A stretch of DNA of 62,907 nucleotides, the filler included, from Rhabdomonas costata (lineage: Eukaryota): NCBI GenBank assembly GCA_019059605.1. It is 40 parts of 40 records of this genome, joined end to end, with 100 filler letters (N's around TTAATTAATTAA, not from the genome) between each part and the next. Parts side by side here need not be neighbours in the genome. Positions count along the whole stretch, not along the records: positions 12,647 to 14,125 come from JAHMHO010014980.1; positions 14,226 to 15,700 come from JAHMHO010014981.1; positions 15,801 to 17,275 come from JAHMHO010014982.1; positions 17,376 to 18,850 come from JAHMHO010014983.1; positions 18,951 to 20,425 come from JAHMHO010014984.1; positions 20,526 to 21,999 come from JAHMHO010014985.1; positions 22,100 to 23,574 come from JAHMHO010014986.1; 33 more parts are not named here. One strand, given 5' to 3'. Position 1 is the first letter of the stretch; each line of letters begins with the position of its first letter. Of this stretch, positions 13,248 through 23,674 are shown piece by piece. The notes under the pieces were generated by a model. That model was not told where the DNA came from. It did not search any database and was given only the letters and a program-made list of their open reading frames with translations. Made by a program: the position numbers and the translations under genes.

Positions 13248-14125
13248 CCTCCCGCTTTTCTTCGTTGACCTGACGGTTGTGGTGCTTTCTATTCCTGCTG
13301 TGGTGGCGGGGCTACGAGGGTGCGAGGGCGCGCAAGCTTCAACTCCAAAACCCAAACCTCTTGGCAAATTGCCTGCGTGTGGGCTGCCATTTTGCGTGGA
13401 TGGTGTGCTTTCGACTGCCTGATGCCTGTGGTGTGCTTTGGCTTCGCCCCTTCTAACTAACACGCGCACTTCAGGTGGTGTGAGTGTGCCCTTTGGCCTT
13501 TCACAACTTTCCACTATTCCCGGCTTGTGCGTAGAAGCAAGGTGAGAACAGCAACAGCCAGACAGTACGAACAAGGCAAGTCAAGACAAACACCGCACGA
13601 CTTACGATACACAGCTCCACCGCCCAAACCTTCACAACACCTCTTGCACGGCACCCTACGAACTCAACCACTACAACCAAAACACCAAACAAAAGCAAGA
13701 AAGAGGAAATTAAACCTCAACCCATTGCTTTACGTAAACATCAAACTCCTACTCCAACACGTCAGGTCAAAAAGCCACAATACACTTCCAAAGCCCTTTT
13801 TGATTCTTTAACTCGACGTAGAAAGTCTTGAAGATTCCGCTCAACGTAATCTTCTTCAAAATTTGCGGCATTCCAGACCATCACCACATCGTCCTCTGAA
13901 TCCTTTGAAATTCTTGGAAATTCTTTGCTCCACCGCGTTCTCCTCGTCGAACTCTTTCAAGATAGTTCTTGTACGAATGCAAACTCCGCTGCTTTCAACC
14001 TCCCGCTTTTCTTCGTTGACCTGACGGTTGTGGTGCTTTCTATTCCTGCTGTGGTGGCGGGGCTACGAGGGTGCGAGGGCGCGCAAGCTTCAACTCCAAA
14101 ACCCAAACCTCTTGGCAAATTGCCT
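13248..14125. repeat. ~128-bp exact direct repeat (13248-13375 = 13998-14125, contig end)
   Basis: CCTCCCGCTTTTCTTCGTTGACC...GGCAAATTGCCT occurs twice, 750 nt apart; the second copy runs to the contig end. Confidence 0.9.
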
Positions 14126-14762
14126 NNNNNNNNNNNNNNNNNNNNNNNNNNNNNNNNNNNNNNNNNNNNTTAATTAATTAANNNNNNNNNNNNNNNNNNN
14201 NNNNNNNNNNNNNNNNNNNNNNNNNGTTTTGGGGTCACCGGTTGACCGAGCAAAAGACTGCCAGGAATGCTTGGGGCCCCTCAAGTTCTTGCTGCCGTCT
14301 TAGCCACGCCCTTCCGGACAATGTCCACGTATACGCATCCGATGAAGCCCTACTAATCCACCACAGCGTTCAGTGAATTGAAAAATGAAAGCACACGAGG
14401 GTCTTCTTTGATTTAGGGATTGTGCATCTGTTTGCTTGCGTTCTGTGTATGTTTGAGCAACGAAAAAACGGAAAGGAAGCACACGGGTGTATAAAAAGTG
14501 CAGCTGCGGTTCGACACAGCACAAAGCGCTGTACATCACACATACGCAGCGACAGCCGAGAGAGAGAGAGAGAGAGAGTAGAGCAAAAACACCGGGCAAG
14601 GGATTAAAGACCCACAGCAAGGAAGAGACACACGCAGACACACGCACGTGACGACATGAAGGAAACGCGATGTAAGGCTCTTTTCTCAAAGGAAAACAAG
14701 AGCGATACACCGAAACCACACCCATTTCCTGGACAACGCAGGGGCAGACAGATCTTCCCAGA

Positions 14763-15443
14763 TCAGTTACTTCCTTCTGGCAGGGTCACAGACGCCGCAG
14801 ACATGGCCCGCTCTATGCCCAGAGCGGCGGCGCAGAGCCTCTCGTACTGCTCCGGGCCCAGGCGGGCAAGCATCCGGTTGAATGCGCCCTGCTGCCGGAT
14901 CAAGTTGGCCGGGGTGTCGTACTCCAGCATTTCGCCCTGCTCCAGCACAAGGATCCGGTCGGAGTCGATCACCGTGGCCAGGCGGTGCGCGATGGTCAGC
15001 ACGGTGCACTGCTTGAACTCCGTGCGGATGGTGCGCTGGATCATCGCGTCGGCGTCAAAGTCCACGGAGGCCGTGGCCTCGTCCAGCAGGAGGACCTTGC
15101 ACTTCTTCAGCAGAGCCCGGGCCAGGCAGATCAGCTGGCGCTGGCCCACGCTGAAGTTGGTGCCCTTCTCTGCGACCTGGCAGTCCAGGCCGGAACCGTC
15201 CTTCCGAATGCGCTCCGTCATGTTCACGCGGTCCAGAACGGCCCAGATCTCCTCGTCCGTGGCCTGGAAGAACGGGTCCAAGTTGCTCCGGATGGTGCCC
15301 TGGAACAGCAGAGGGTCTTGAGGGATGATCGTGATCTTGGTGCGCAGGTCGTGCATCTTCAGCAAGGAGATGTCCACGCCATCAAGAATCAGCGCTCCCT
15401 CCGCTAGCTCCACAAGACGAAACAGGGCCAGCATCACAGTGGA
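14763..15443 (-). CDS. ABCC/MRP-family ABC transporter, C-terminal nucleotide-binding domain (last exon)
   Basis: Motifs: IIPQDPLLFQGTIRSNLDPF, signature NFSVGQRQLICLARALL, Walker B LLLDEATASVD, H-loop TIAHRL. Acceptor TTTCTTACAG| falls just after the Walker A Lys. Ends in TGA. Confidence 0.96.
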   Translation of the reverse strand, partial: STVMLALFRLVELAEGALILDGVDISLLKMHDLRTKITIIPQDPLLFQGTIRSNLDPFFQATDEEIWAVLDRVNMTERIRKDGSGLDCQVAEKGTNFSVGQRQLICLARALLKKCKVLLLDEATASVDFDADAMIQRTIRTEFKQCTVLTIAHRLATVIDSDRILVLEQGEMLEYDTPANLIRQQGAFNRMLARLGPEQYERLCAAALGIERAMSAASVTLPEGSN

Positions 15444-17375
15444 CTGTAAGAAAGAAATTACAGTGCTGATAAGATAAACAAGCTAGCTTTCTTCTTGGCA
15501 ATGGATATGCTTCTAAACAAACGAGATGTGCTTCTCATTGTTCCATCTTTTCTGGAAAAAAAAAGGACAAGGTTTCACCTAATTTCCTTCCGATAAGTCT
15601 TTATCGATACATCTTCAACCAACCCGTTACGCCATCCGCAGCGAACTGGGACAGAAATGAGAAACACAAAGCCCACATAAAACCATTAAAAAAATAGGTG
15701 NNNNNNNNNNNNNNNNNNNNNNNNNNNNNNNNNNNNNNNNNNNNTTAATTAATTAANNNNNNNNNNNNNNNNNNNNNNNNNNNNNNNNNNNNNNNNNNNN
15801 TGCAATCGAATCGTTGAACGTTGCTACCTGAGTGTAGAACAGTGAGCCTTACCGAAGCCCTTAAAAGCACTACGCGCAAAATGCGCACGCTTCCATCTTC
15901 AGCTGCTCACCCTGACCTACAGCCACCTGAAGGTCACGGTCGAACGCCATACCGCCCGACGTTTCTCCTGCCGTCGATCTTCTGAGCTTCGAGGGTCGGG
16001 AGCGACCGAGGCACTTTTGCCTTCCCCCTGAAACAAGCAAAATGCATGGCGGATTTGCAAGAACCTTCCGGGGGTCCAAATCCCCCCATCTGACACATCC
16101 CCCCACTACCGGAGGGAGTGTCTCCTGCGAAGCTAGAGAAGAGGAGTGTCTTGTCTGCTCAGTTGGCGACCTTCAATGCTCGGTTCATATTAGGGCCTGT
16201 TGAGGATGCTGTATTCAGACAAATGGCTTGCTATGTAATATAAGGTACCACTGCCCATCATCATAAAAGCACATGCCTATGACATATCACCGGTAAAGAT
16301 ATCGCGAAAAAAAAACACCCCTCCAAAAATCATCCTCTCCATCTTTCCTTTCTCACAGTGTGCGTTTTTACACACCCAACTAGCTGATGGTGTCCTCATT
16401 GGCTAGGTCCTATCCGTTGTCATAAAGCGGAGGCGTAAAGCTCAATCACTAATTGCGAGCGTCCTACCCTCCCAGGCTTTCCGTACGTCCGTCCTTCACT
16501 AAGCAAGGTCTTCTTTCTGCAAAAGGACTCGCGATTTCAAAATAGACCCAATTCAGAAAATACATATAAAATCCAGCCGCAGCGTTTCAGTCTTCTCCTC
16601 AGCGGAAGCACTGGCAGCGTTGGCTTCCCCCTGTGTGGCTGTGGTGGTGCAATGTGACGTAATGCGCATGCAACGCATTCACCAAAATTTAACCCAGCAC
16701 AGAAATGAGACAAAAGTTAGAATGGCGCGTGCGGAGGAAACATGCGGACACGCGCATCAAGAGGGGTTCTCGTATACCGCCTTGCGTTCTTCAGCGGCAG
16801 AGGAGACAGAGGCATCAACAGCAGTAGGAGGTTCAACCTGGAAGTTCCCGACACATGGGCAAAAACAATAAAACTTCCAAAACTTTAGGACACACTTCGA
16901 GATCAACACAAATCATGTCCAATTGCAAGCAGTTAACTGTTGTGACATTCAACAGAGAGTAGATGGAAACGAAAGGACCGACACATTCGGAATACTCGAT
17001 TACAACACACTTGGATGAAGATAGCAGTGTGAAGTTGTTGTGCTCTGTTTGAAGAGAGCGATTGACAGAAACGGTTCACTCAAAAGAGACAGTGAGTCCT
17101 GAGAACCCTTCCAAGTGAGAGCAGAGAAGGACTGGGCGAAAAAGGCAAACACAGAAGGTCCAATCAATGGACAAACGGTAATAGTGACAACATTCCAAAC
17201 TGCAAAAGGAGGGGGAGGGGGACTTGCGCCGAAAACGACAACAGAAATGAGGCGAAATGTGCCGTTCCAGGCCCTNNNNNNNNNNNNNNNNNNNNNNNNN
17301 NNNNNNNNNNNNNNNNNNNTTAATTAATTAANNNNNNNNNNNNNNNNNNNNNNNNNNNNNNNNNNNNNNNNNNNN

Positions 17376-18850
17376 CCTTACCCCAAATGGCAAAATGCGC
17401 CATCTTGCTCAATGGAGGGTTACTCTTAATCCTGTGTTGAATTGATCCATGAGAATACAGTTGATCGGCTTAGATCGGCGCCTCAACGTGCCATTGTCTT
17501 CCAAGAACAGAGGTTATTTCCAGTACTGCCGATCTCGCCTCAGTCTTTTCAGCTTTTTATACCACGAGCCATCCGGACAGTACGGTGCAACCAACAGTAC
17601 CCTGCTCCGGTTAGCGAAACTTTTGTCAAACACCTCGTCCAACAGCGACCACGGATGATTCGCAAAAAGGATTTGATCCGGTACCCAGTGGTAGTTGAAG
17701 GCGTTGTAGGCCTCGGCCTTCCGGTCCTCCGGATCAGCTGAATAGTACCTGCTCAATTGGCGATGTTTTCGGCTTGCAAACAGATCCATCTGAGGAACAA
17801 GACAAAAGTTCTGGCAGATTGCCAGGAACAGTGTGGGACACAGCATCACATCCTCCTAAATTTCAAAGTTGGGATGCGGTTCACATGCAATCTTTATGAG
17901 CGCGGAAGTGCCCTGCTCAGTCAGATCGCGCTTCCACACTGAAGTGGCCTAAACTGCTGTGCGAGCGGCGCACAGTCACTGGATAGTACCAATCCCATGC
18001 ATCGCTCCACAACTGGAAGTGGAGCAGCCTCTTCCGGTGGGTAGGGTTGGAGATGAAGCACAATGACATCCAAATAGAATCGCACCACTTTGTGGGGAAT
18101 GGTCGGTCGCTTCCTGATCATCTCAGTGTGGACACACTGCAATGCATACACCATAAATGGGTCATACTCATGAACGGCATTGATGTCCCATTGCGAGTTG
18201 CTTTCCTCACAATTCTGGTACACATCCAGTTCAGCAGGCGCATCGTGAGGTTGGAAGTCCTGATCCACGGCTTGCTGTTGGTGATTGAAATCTCCCAGTG
18301 TAAACCTCAGTGCTTGTTCCAATTCCCGTTGTTCCTCTACTTGAAGAACGGTGTCATCAGCATGCTCATTCGTGGTCAGCTGGCCTACGGGGTCCATCTC
18401 CCTCGTATAGAATTGAATCAGCTTGCTGTAATGGAATACGGGCCTCATCTTCTTCCGATGCTGGAATGGATGAAAATCTCAATTGTTTTATTCTTAATCT
18501 GCCCCTTGATCTTGTTAGGAGTTCCAGGGGGACATCGAGGCCCAGCTGGTTGCGATGGTGTTTCTGCTTGTTGATCAAGACGTCCTGCCCAACCACAAAT
18601 TGATAATTGGCCCGCTTGCGGTTGCCGAACTCCGCTGCCCTTTCCAGTTCATGGTACACGGCACGGTACACAAATGACCAGTCGGAGTTCAGCTTTGCAA
18701 GCCATTACTTGATAGTCACCGTGTTCTCGCCGATTAGCCTCTCCTCGTCGAATTTGTGAACGTCAAAGAAGAAGCTATGGTGTTAGCCCAGGAAGAAGTA
18801 TGGGCTGAGCTCTGTGCTTCCGAGGGGGGCTGATGGCGATCTCAACAAAC
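17376..18850 (-). mobile_element. Degenerate Ty3/Gypsy-like LTR retrotransposon fragment: integrase C-terminus, possible chromodomain, N6-adenine MTase
   Basis: FVEIAI / STELSPYFFLG*H (cf. 'VExAxN..T..SPF..xYGxHP'), NRKRANYQFVVGQDVLI (cf. 'DxxRxxxxFxVGDxVL'), MRPVFHYSKLIQF (cf. 'HPVFHVSxLKPY'). Contains frameshifts and stops. Confidence 0.75.
17440..17860 (-). pseudogene. DNA N6-adenine methyltransferase (Dam/DIRS-MT-like) domain within a retroelement, degenerate
   Basis: EDVMLCPTLF..I....VPQMDLFAS (SAM-binding-type motif, 17786-17772), YYS.DP.D..A.AYNAF.YHW, FANHPW (17660-17649; CAT is one change from CCT, giving NPPW), VLLVAPY...SWY. In-frame stops at ~17858 and 17514. Confidence 0.85.
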
Positions 18851-18950
18851 NNNNNNNNNNNNNNNNNNNNNNNNNNNNNNNNNNNNNNNNNNNNTTAATT
18901 AATTAANNNNNNNNNNNNNNNNNNNNNNNNNNNNNNNNNNNNNNNNNNNN

Positions 18951-19358
18951 TGTGTGTGTGGTAGCCAATTCGCGAGTAGGTCGGCCGAGAGCACGTTGAC
19001 CTGGAAGCTCTGGGCTGCACTTGATTGCTCTGGAGGTAGAATCGCCTGTCCCACCGTAGCAGTTGAGTCAGCACCACCTGAATTCCTCTGACAATCAGCA
19101 TGTCGGTGTCTCGTGATAGTTGCTAATGAAGTTTCTCAGTGCCTTGTCATACAGCAGGTAGTCGCCGCCTGCCAGCCAAGCATCAGAATACCAGACGTGG
19201 CCTTGCCCTGCGTCAGCTGCCTCGGCAACTTGGATCCATACCCCAAAGGCGTCCACAAGCAATATCCGAGGTTGGTCCGCTCCTGAGCTGACCTCTACCC
19301 GCTCGGAGCACTTGCGTACATTGCGTTTAATCAGGGAAAGCAGTTTTTTCACTCCCAT
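18951..19358 (-). pseudogene. Asteroid/FAM120-like XPG-PIN domain protein with an apparent internal deletion and frameshift
   Basis: MGVKKLLSLI...ILLVDA...AGGDY (N-terminal motifs), then at ~19119 a frame switch to LSRDTDMLI (cf. 'LSxDSDFxI'), a motif normally well over 100 aa further on. Confidence 0.65.
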
Positions 19359-19999
19359 TGCAGAGAAACCAAAGGAAAGCTGCCATGCAAAAAAGGGGCA
19401 ATTATTACTCAACTTTTAAGACTTAAGAGAGATAAAAACGGCAGATGCCCCCCCCCCAACAACTGAAAACAAATGAAAAATGCTCGAATTCCTTGCAAGT
19501 GCAGCACTTCGAGGGATAGGAGCTCCGTCCGCCATTGTACACAAATTGAGCGGAATCAAACGGAAGGCGAAGCATACGATCAAGCGCAGCCCTTAAGACA
19601 GTGGCCGTCATGACAGGCGGATTCTTTCAAAGACGGACGAGGTCTTTAGCTGACGGGTGGTTGATCGACGGATGGAAGAATAAAGGAATCAGGCAATGCG
19701 AGATAGCAACATCATAAAAATGCTTCTGTTCCTTTGGCAGAGTCAGACATTTTCTGATTTTGGACGTGCGGTGACGGAAGGGTCTTTTTTCTGCGACGGC
19801 AGCTGACTGGAGGTAGATCTATACTCACAGTCAGAGCTGCCCTTAAATTCAAGCTTAACCGGATAGCCGCCGAATTGCTCTTTCCAACGCAACTCGAGCT
19901 CAAGGTGACAACCTTGTGAGCTGCCACAGGAAAAGGCGAGAAAAAATGTTTCAGCAAACTGGATAACTGGAAAAATGCACACACACCCTCCCCAGAGTC

Positions 20000-20134
20000 T
20001 CAAGCCTCACCGCACCACAGCTGAATATGGTCGCGCTCAACAGCGCGTGCACGGATCACCTCCACGGGGTCCAGCTGGGAGCTAAACATCAGGTCCATGT
20101 GGTGCCCAACCTCAGGGATAAGCACAGGGACAAC
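20000..20134 (-). CDS. Serine carboxypeptidase S28 (lysosomal Pro-X carboxypeptidase-like), last exon
   Basis: IPEVGHHMDLMFSSQLDPVEVIRARAVERDHIQLW matches the S28 catalytic-His tail 'GAHHxDL...DPxxVxxARxxExxxIxxW'. Acceptor CTCAG|, stop TGA. Confidence 0.85.
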   Translation of the reverse strand, partial: VVPVLIPEVGHHMDLMFSSQLDPVEVIRARAVERDHIQLWCGEA

Positions 20135-20885
20135 CTGAGTGACCCCGGCACGTATGCAAGCATCTGAAGGCACTTCTTCATTTTTTATACGCCAGTCACG
20201 GCTAGTCTTTGGAGGACGCTGCTTCGTTTTGGGTCTATTCTGTGTCAACAAGATTGCCACTCATTCTCTGGGCCACATTTTGAAGATACCCACCAAAAGG
20301 ATGAAGCAAGCACCTCACAAAAAATATATAAACCACCAGCGGCACCGAAAGGCACTACGTGCAGGTAAAACGCTGTCCAAAAAGTCGCTTCAACCCTTGT
20401 GGGCAGCAAGTGCTGACACCACACCNNNNNNNNNNNNNNNNNNNNNNNNNNNNNNNNNNNNNNNNNNNNTTAATTAATTAANNNNNNNNNNNNNNNNNNN
20501 NNNNNNNNNNNNNNNNNNNNNNNNNGCCCTGTGTGTGGATGGGCGGGTAAGTCGATAGGGGTTAGGCTTCGGGTAAGGGCTAGGGTTACAAGCGCAGGGA
20601 TACACACACCGCAAAGACTTAGCCGGAATTCCAATGCCAAGCAAAAAATGTAAGATAAGTCCGCATCACCACAAAAGCGTACACATCTAAAGAAAATAGT
20701 GCGCTAAATCAGGTGGTTTCAGACTGAAAAGCTAAACCCGGGAGGGGGGGGGGGTAAAAACTGGACATTGTCTTTACTACTTTTTTAAACTGTTCTTTTC
20801 GCATCCTCACCCCCTAGGTTACAAAGCCATATCACAAACCAGCGAATGCAGGCTAATCAGACATACGCAGACCGCACACACATAC

Positions 20886-21802
20886 CATGAACTTCCGGTA
20901 CTCAGCCAGGTCCTTGGTGAGGCTGCTGAATGCCTGTAGCATCAAAATAGCAGAAGAACACCAAGAAGTGAGTACTTCGCACAGAGCACACGACCAGGGA
21001 CCAGGCCGAACACACGACGAGGCAGGTGATGGACACAATCCTACCAACTGCAAGCAGCAAAGCCAGCTGGCCAACAGATGTACACCCCCCCCCCTCTTCC
21101 GGTTCCATTGATCCCATTTCCACCCTCACCCCCCATCACGGCCGACCTGCATCAGGGCGTCCACCTCGCTCAGCATGGAGCGGGGGAAAGGCCGCACCAG
21201 GTCCACGTCCATCTCCCGCAGTTTCTCCACCTCAACCACCAGCCGGCTCAGCGGCCGCGTCAGCAGCCTCATCAGCACGACCACCATCAGGGAAGACCTG
21301 AGGGACGTCGACCCACGCCACGATCCCAGCAGCCTCCAAATGTATGTGCCTTGAAACAGCCGAGGTACAGCAAGCACTCGCAGCAACAACAGAAGCGGCT
21401 AGAAAAAGCAGAGGGGAACCATCAAACGGAGTCTTGAGAAAAAGAAACAGGCTTGCTCTGTGGTAGCTCGTCCATCTATGCAATATCCATGCAAGAAGCC
21501 GACATTGGAGTCTTGCAATCGGCGGCGCCTCTCGTACACAAAAACAAACGCTCCAGTGGGTGCCACGGGTTTCGACACATGTTTGCCCTTGCCAGTGTGG
21601 AAGCAAGATTCAAAGTCACTTGGATGATTTGCGCAGGTTTCCAATCCGAACATTACACACGCGCACACGAGATTTCATGGTCTCTAGCTCTCAGCTGATG
21701 TGCGCCGACCGCTGGAGCTGAAAGGCTACAAAAGAAAAGAACGCACCCGATAATGAAAGCGACCGCAAAGGCGACCGTCACTGGAAGACCCTCGTTGACC
21801 TT
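20886..21802 (-). CDS. Receptor-type adenylate/guanylate cyclase-like protein, TM plus HAMP region; exons ~21802-21747, 21297-21147, 20933-20886
   Basis: Spliced translation: VTVAFAVAFIIG|SSLMVVVLMRLLTRPLSRLVVEVEKLREMDVD...SMLSEVDALMQ|AFSSLTKDLAEYRKFM. This is a TM helix, a HAMP and the 'LxEYRxF/YMP' linker that precedes class III cyclase domains in euglenozoan receptor cyclases. Confidence 0.8.
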
Positions 21803-22225
21803 CTGATGCCACAGGCCAGAGTCTGTGCCCACCACCAGTGCCCAGCTCAAGCCCTGCGAAAGAGAGCGGGAAAGTATGGGGTGGGCGAATAGCGCACCGC
21901 TATATTGTTGTCTATCAGTTGAACCGAAGGATACGACATCGGTGTGCGTGTGTGCGTGCGCACCTTCGACAGAGCACGAAATTCGCTTACACCACACACN
22001 NNNNNNNNNNNNNNNNNNNNNNNNNNNNNNNNNNNNNNNNNNNTTAATTAATTAANNNNNNNNNNNNNNNNNNNNNNNNNNNNNNNNNNNNNNNNNNNNG
22101 TGTTGGTGTGTTTGGGGGTTGTGGTAACAACACGCCTCGCCGACACCCTCAGCGAAGGGGATGCCCAGTGCTAAGCGAAAATATTATGGGGATAAAAGGG
22201 GGGGGGGGTGCACGCGTGCCCACAC

Positions 22226-23574
22226 CTGCTCCCAGATATCCTCCGCGGTGCCCTCCTCGTGCGCCGTGGGGTTGGAGGGGTTGGTGTATTGGTTGAGGAA
22301 GTGGTAGGTCCCGGGATTCTCCGACACCAGCCGGTTGGCCACCCCCAGGTGGCTCTCGGGGGAGTCAAAAGCAGCCTCCGTCGGGGTCCGGATCACCTGC
22401 GGTCGTGCGCATGTGAGTAAAAAGGAGTGACAACGAGTGAGCGAGTGAGTGGGTGATTAAAAACGTGCCTATTGAAGCGATCCTGCTTTCGATGTTGGTG
22501 TGTGTGTTGAGCACAATACACGATGCAGGGGAGGGTGTCACGTCCATGTCCATGTCCTGTGTGTGCTGATGTCTCGCACATATTCGCCTGATAACCAGGA
22601 TGCTGATGTGTGTGCGCAGGCTTGAGGATGGGCGTTTGGGGAGAATGGAAACAACTAATCCACACCATCTCCGCGAGCAAGCCACCAAGTTTGCTAACCA
22701 GCTGATGGTGTGTTCATGCACTTCGCTGTGAGTTGTGCTTTGTTTCCTAGTTTTATCTCCCTCATTCCGAAAAGAATCGCTGAAGGCGCTGCCAAAGGGA
22801 TCGCCTGCGAAGGGAAAGGGGTTGGAAAGACCTCGCTGCCCAGGGCTTTCAGCACGGAAACCTTCTCGGAGGACATCTTCATGGGGAGGGTGAGGATGCA
22901 GTGGTAGCCCTTCGCCGCGGAGGTCAGGGCCAGGCCGATCCCAGTGTTCCCGCTGGTGGCCTCGACAATGGTGTGGCCAGCCTTCAGACGGCCTGAACGA
23001 GAGGTGCGCGGTTCTCAATGATTTCAGGAGTATTCATCTCAGCGGCCCCCTCTGAACAAGCGACTTTTGTCGCTGCAGATGTTCTGCATATCCAGGGGAA
23101 CAACCTTCGTCCTTCCCCGTCAGACGAATCAGGGATCCAGGTGCTTTCCAGGTACCTTCGGGTCGTCGGTCCAGACCGCTTCCATTGAGTAAATCTGAGT
23201 AGGTCAAAACATCTTGAATTCTTGAACACTGAACACTTCGCAGATAGACCTTCAGCCGAATTCGCCACCCGCACACACAGACGCACGGATAGACATTTCC
23301 CGTCGGCCGTGTGTTTATTAACCCCACACGTCCCTACACCGCGTTTCAATCCTGACTTCGTTTTCTGACTTAGTTTCGGGAATACAGATCCACAGCGAGC
23401 TACCCGACTTCTCAGCGTCCTCGATCATCTGGCGGCCAATGCGGTCCTTCACCGAGCCCCCGGGGTTGAGGAACTCGCACTTCGCGATCAGCTCGCACTC
23501 CAGCCCCTTGCTCACGCGGTTCAGCCGCACCATCGGGGTCTGCCCCACGCAGTCCAGGATACTGTTCTTAATTC
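22226..23574 (-). CDS. CBS: Cystathionine beta-synthase, partial; exons >23574-23404, 22992-22832, 22396-22226
   Basis: [25 protein letters not shown] (PLP lysine), [61 protein letters not shown]. Canonical GT-AG introns. Confidence 0.95.
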
Positions 23575-23674
23575 NNNNNNNNNNNNNNNNNNNNNNNNNN
23601 NNNNNNNNNNNNNNNNNNTTAATTAATTAANNNNNNNNNNNNNNNNNNNNNNNNNNNNNNNNNNNNNNNNNNNN

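Noticed and set aside
14656-15407. Plus-strand ORFs of 221 and 140 aa
   Set aside because: Antisense shadows of the GC3-rich ABCC exon.
20556-20590. Telomere-like TTAGGG repeats
   Set aside because: Only a few degenerate units, internal to the contig.
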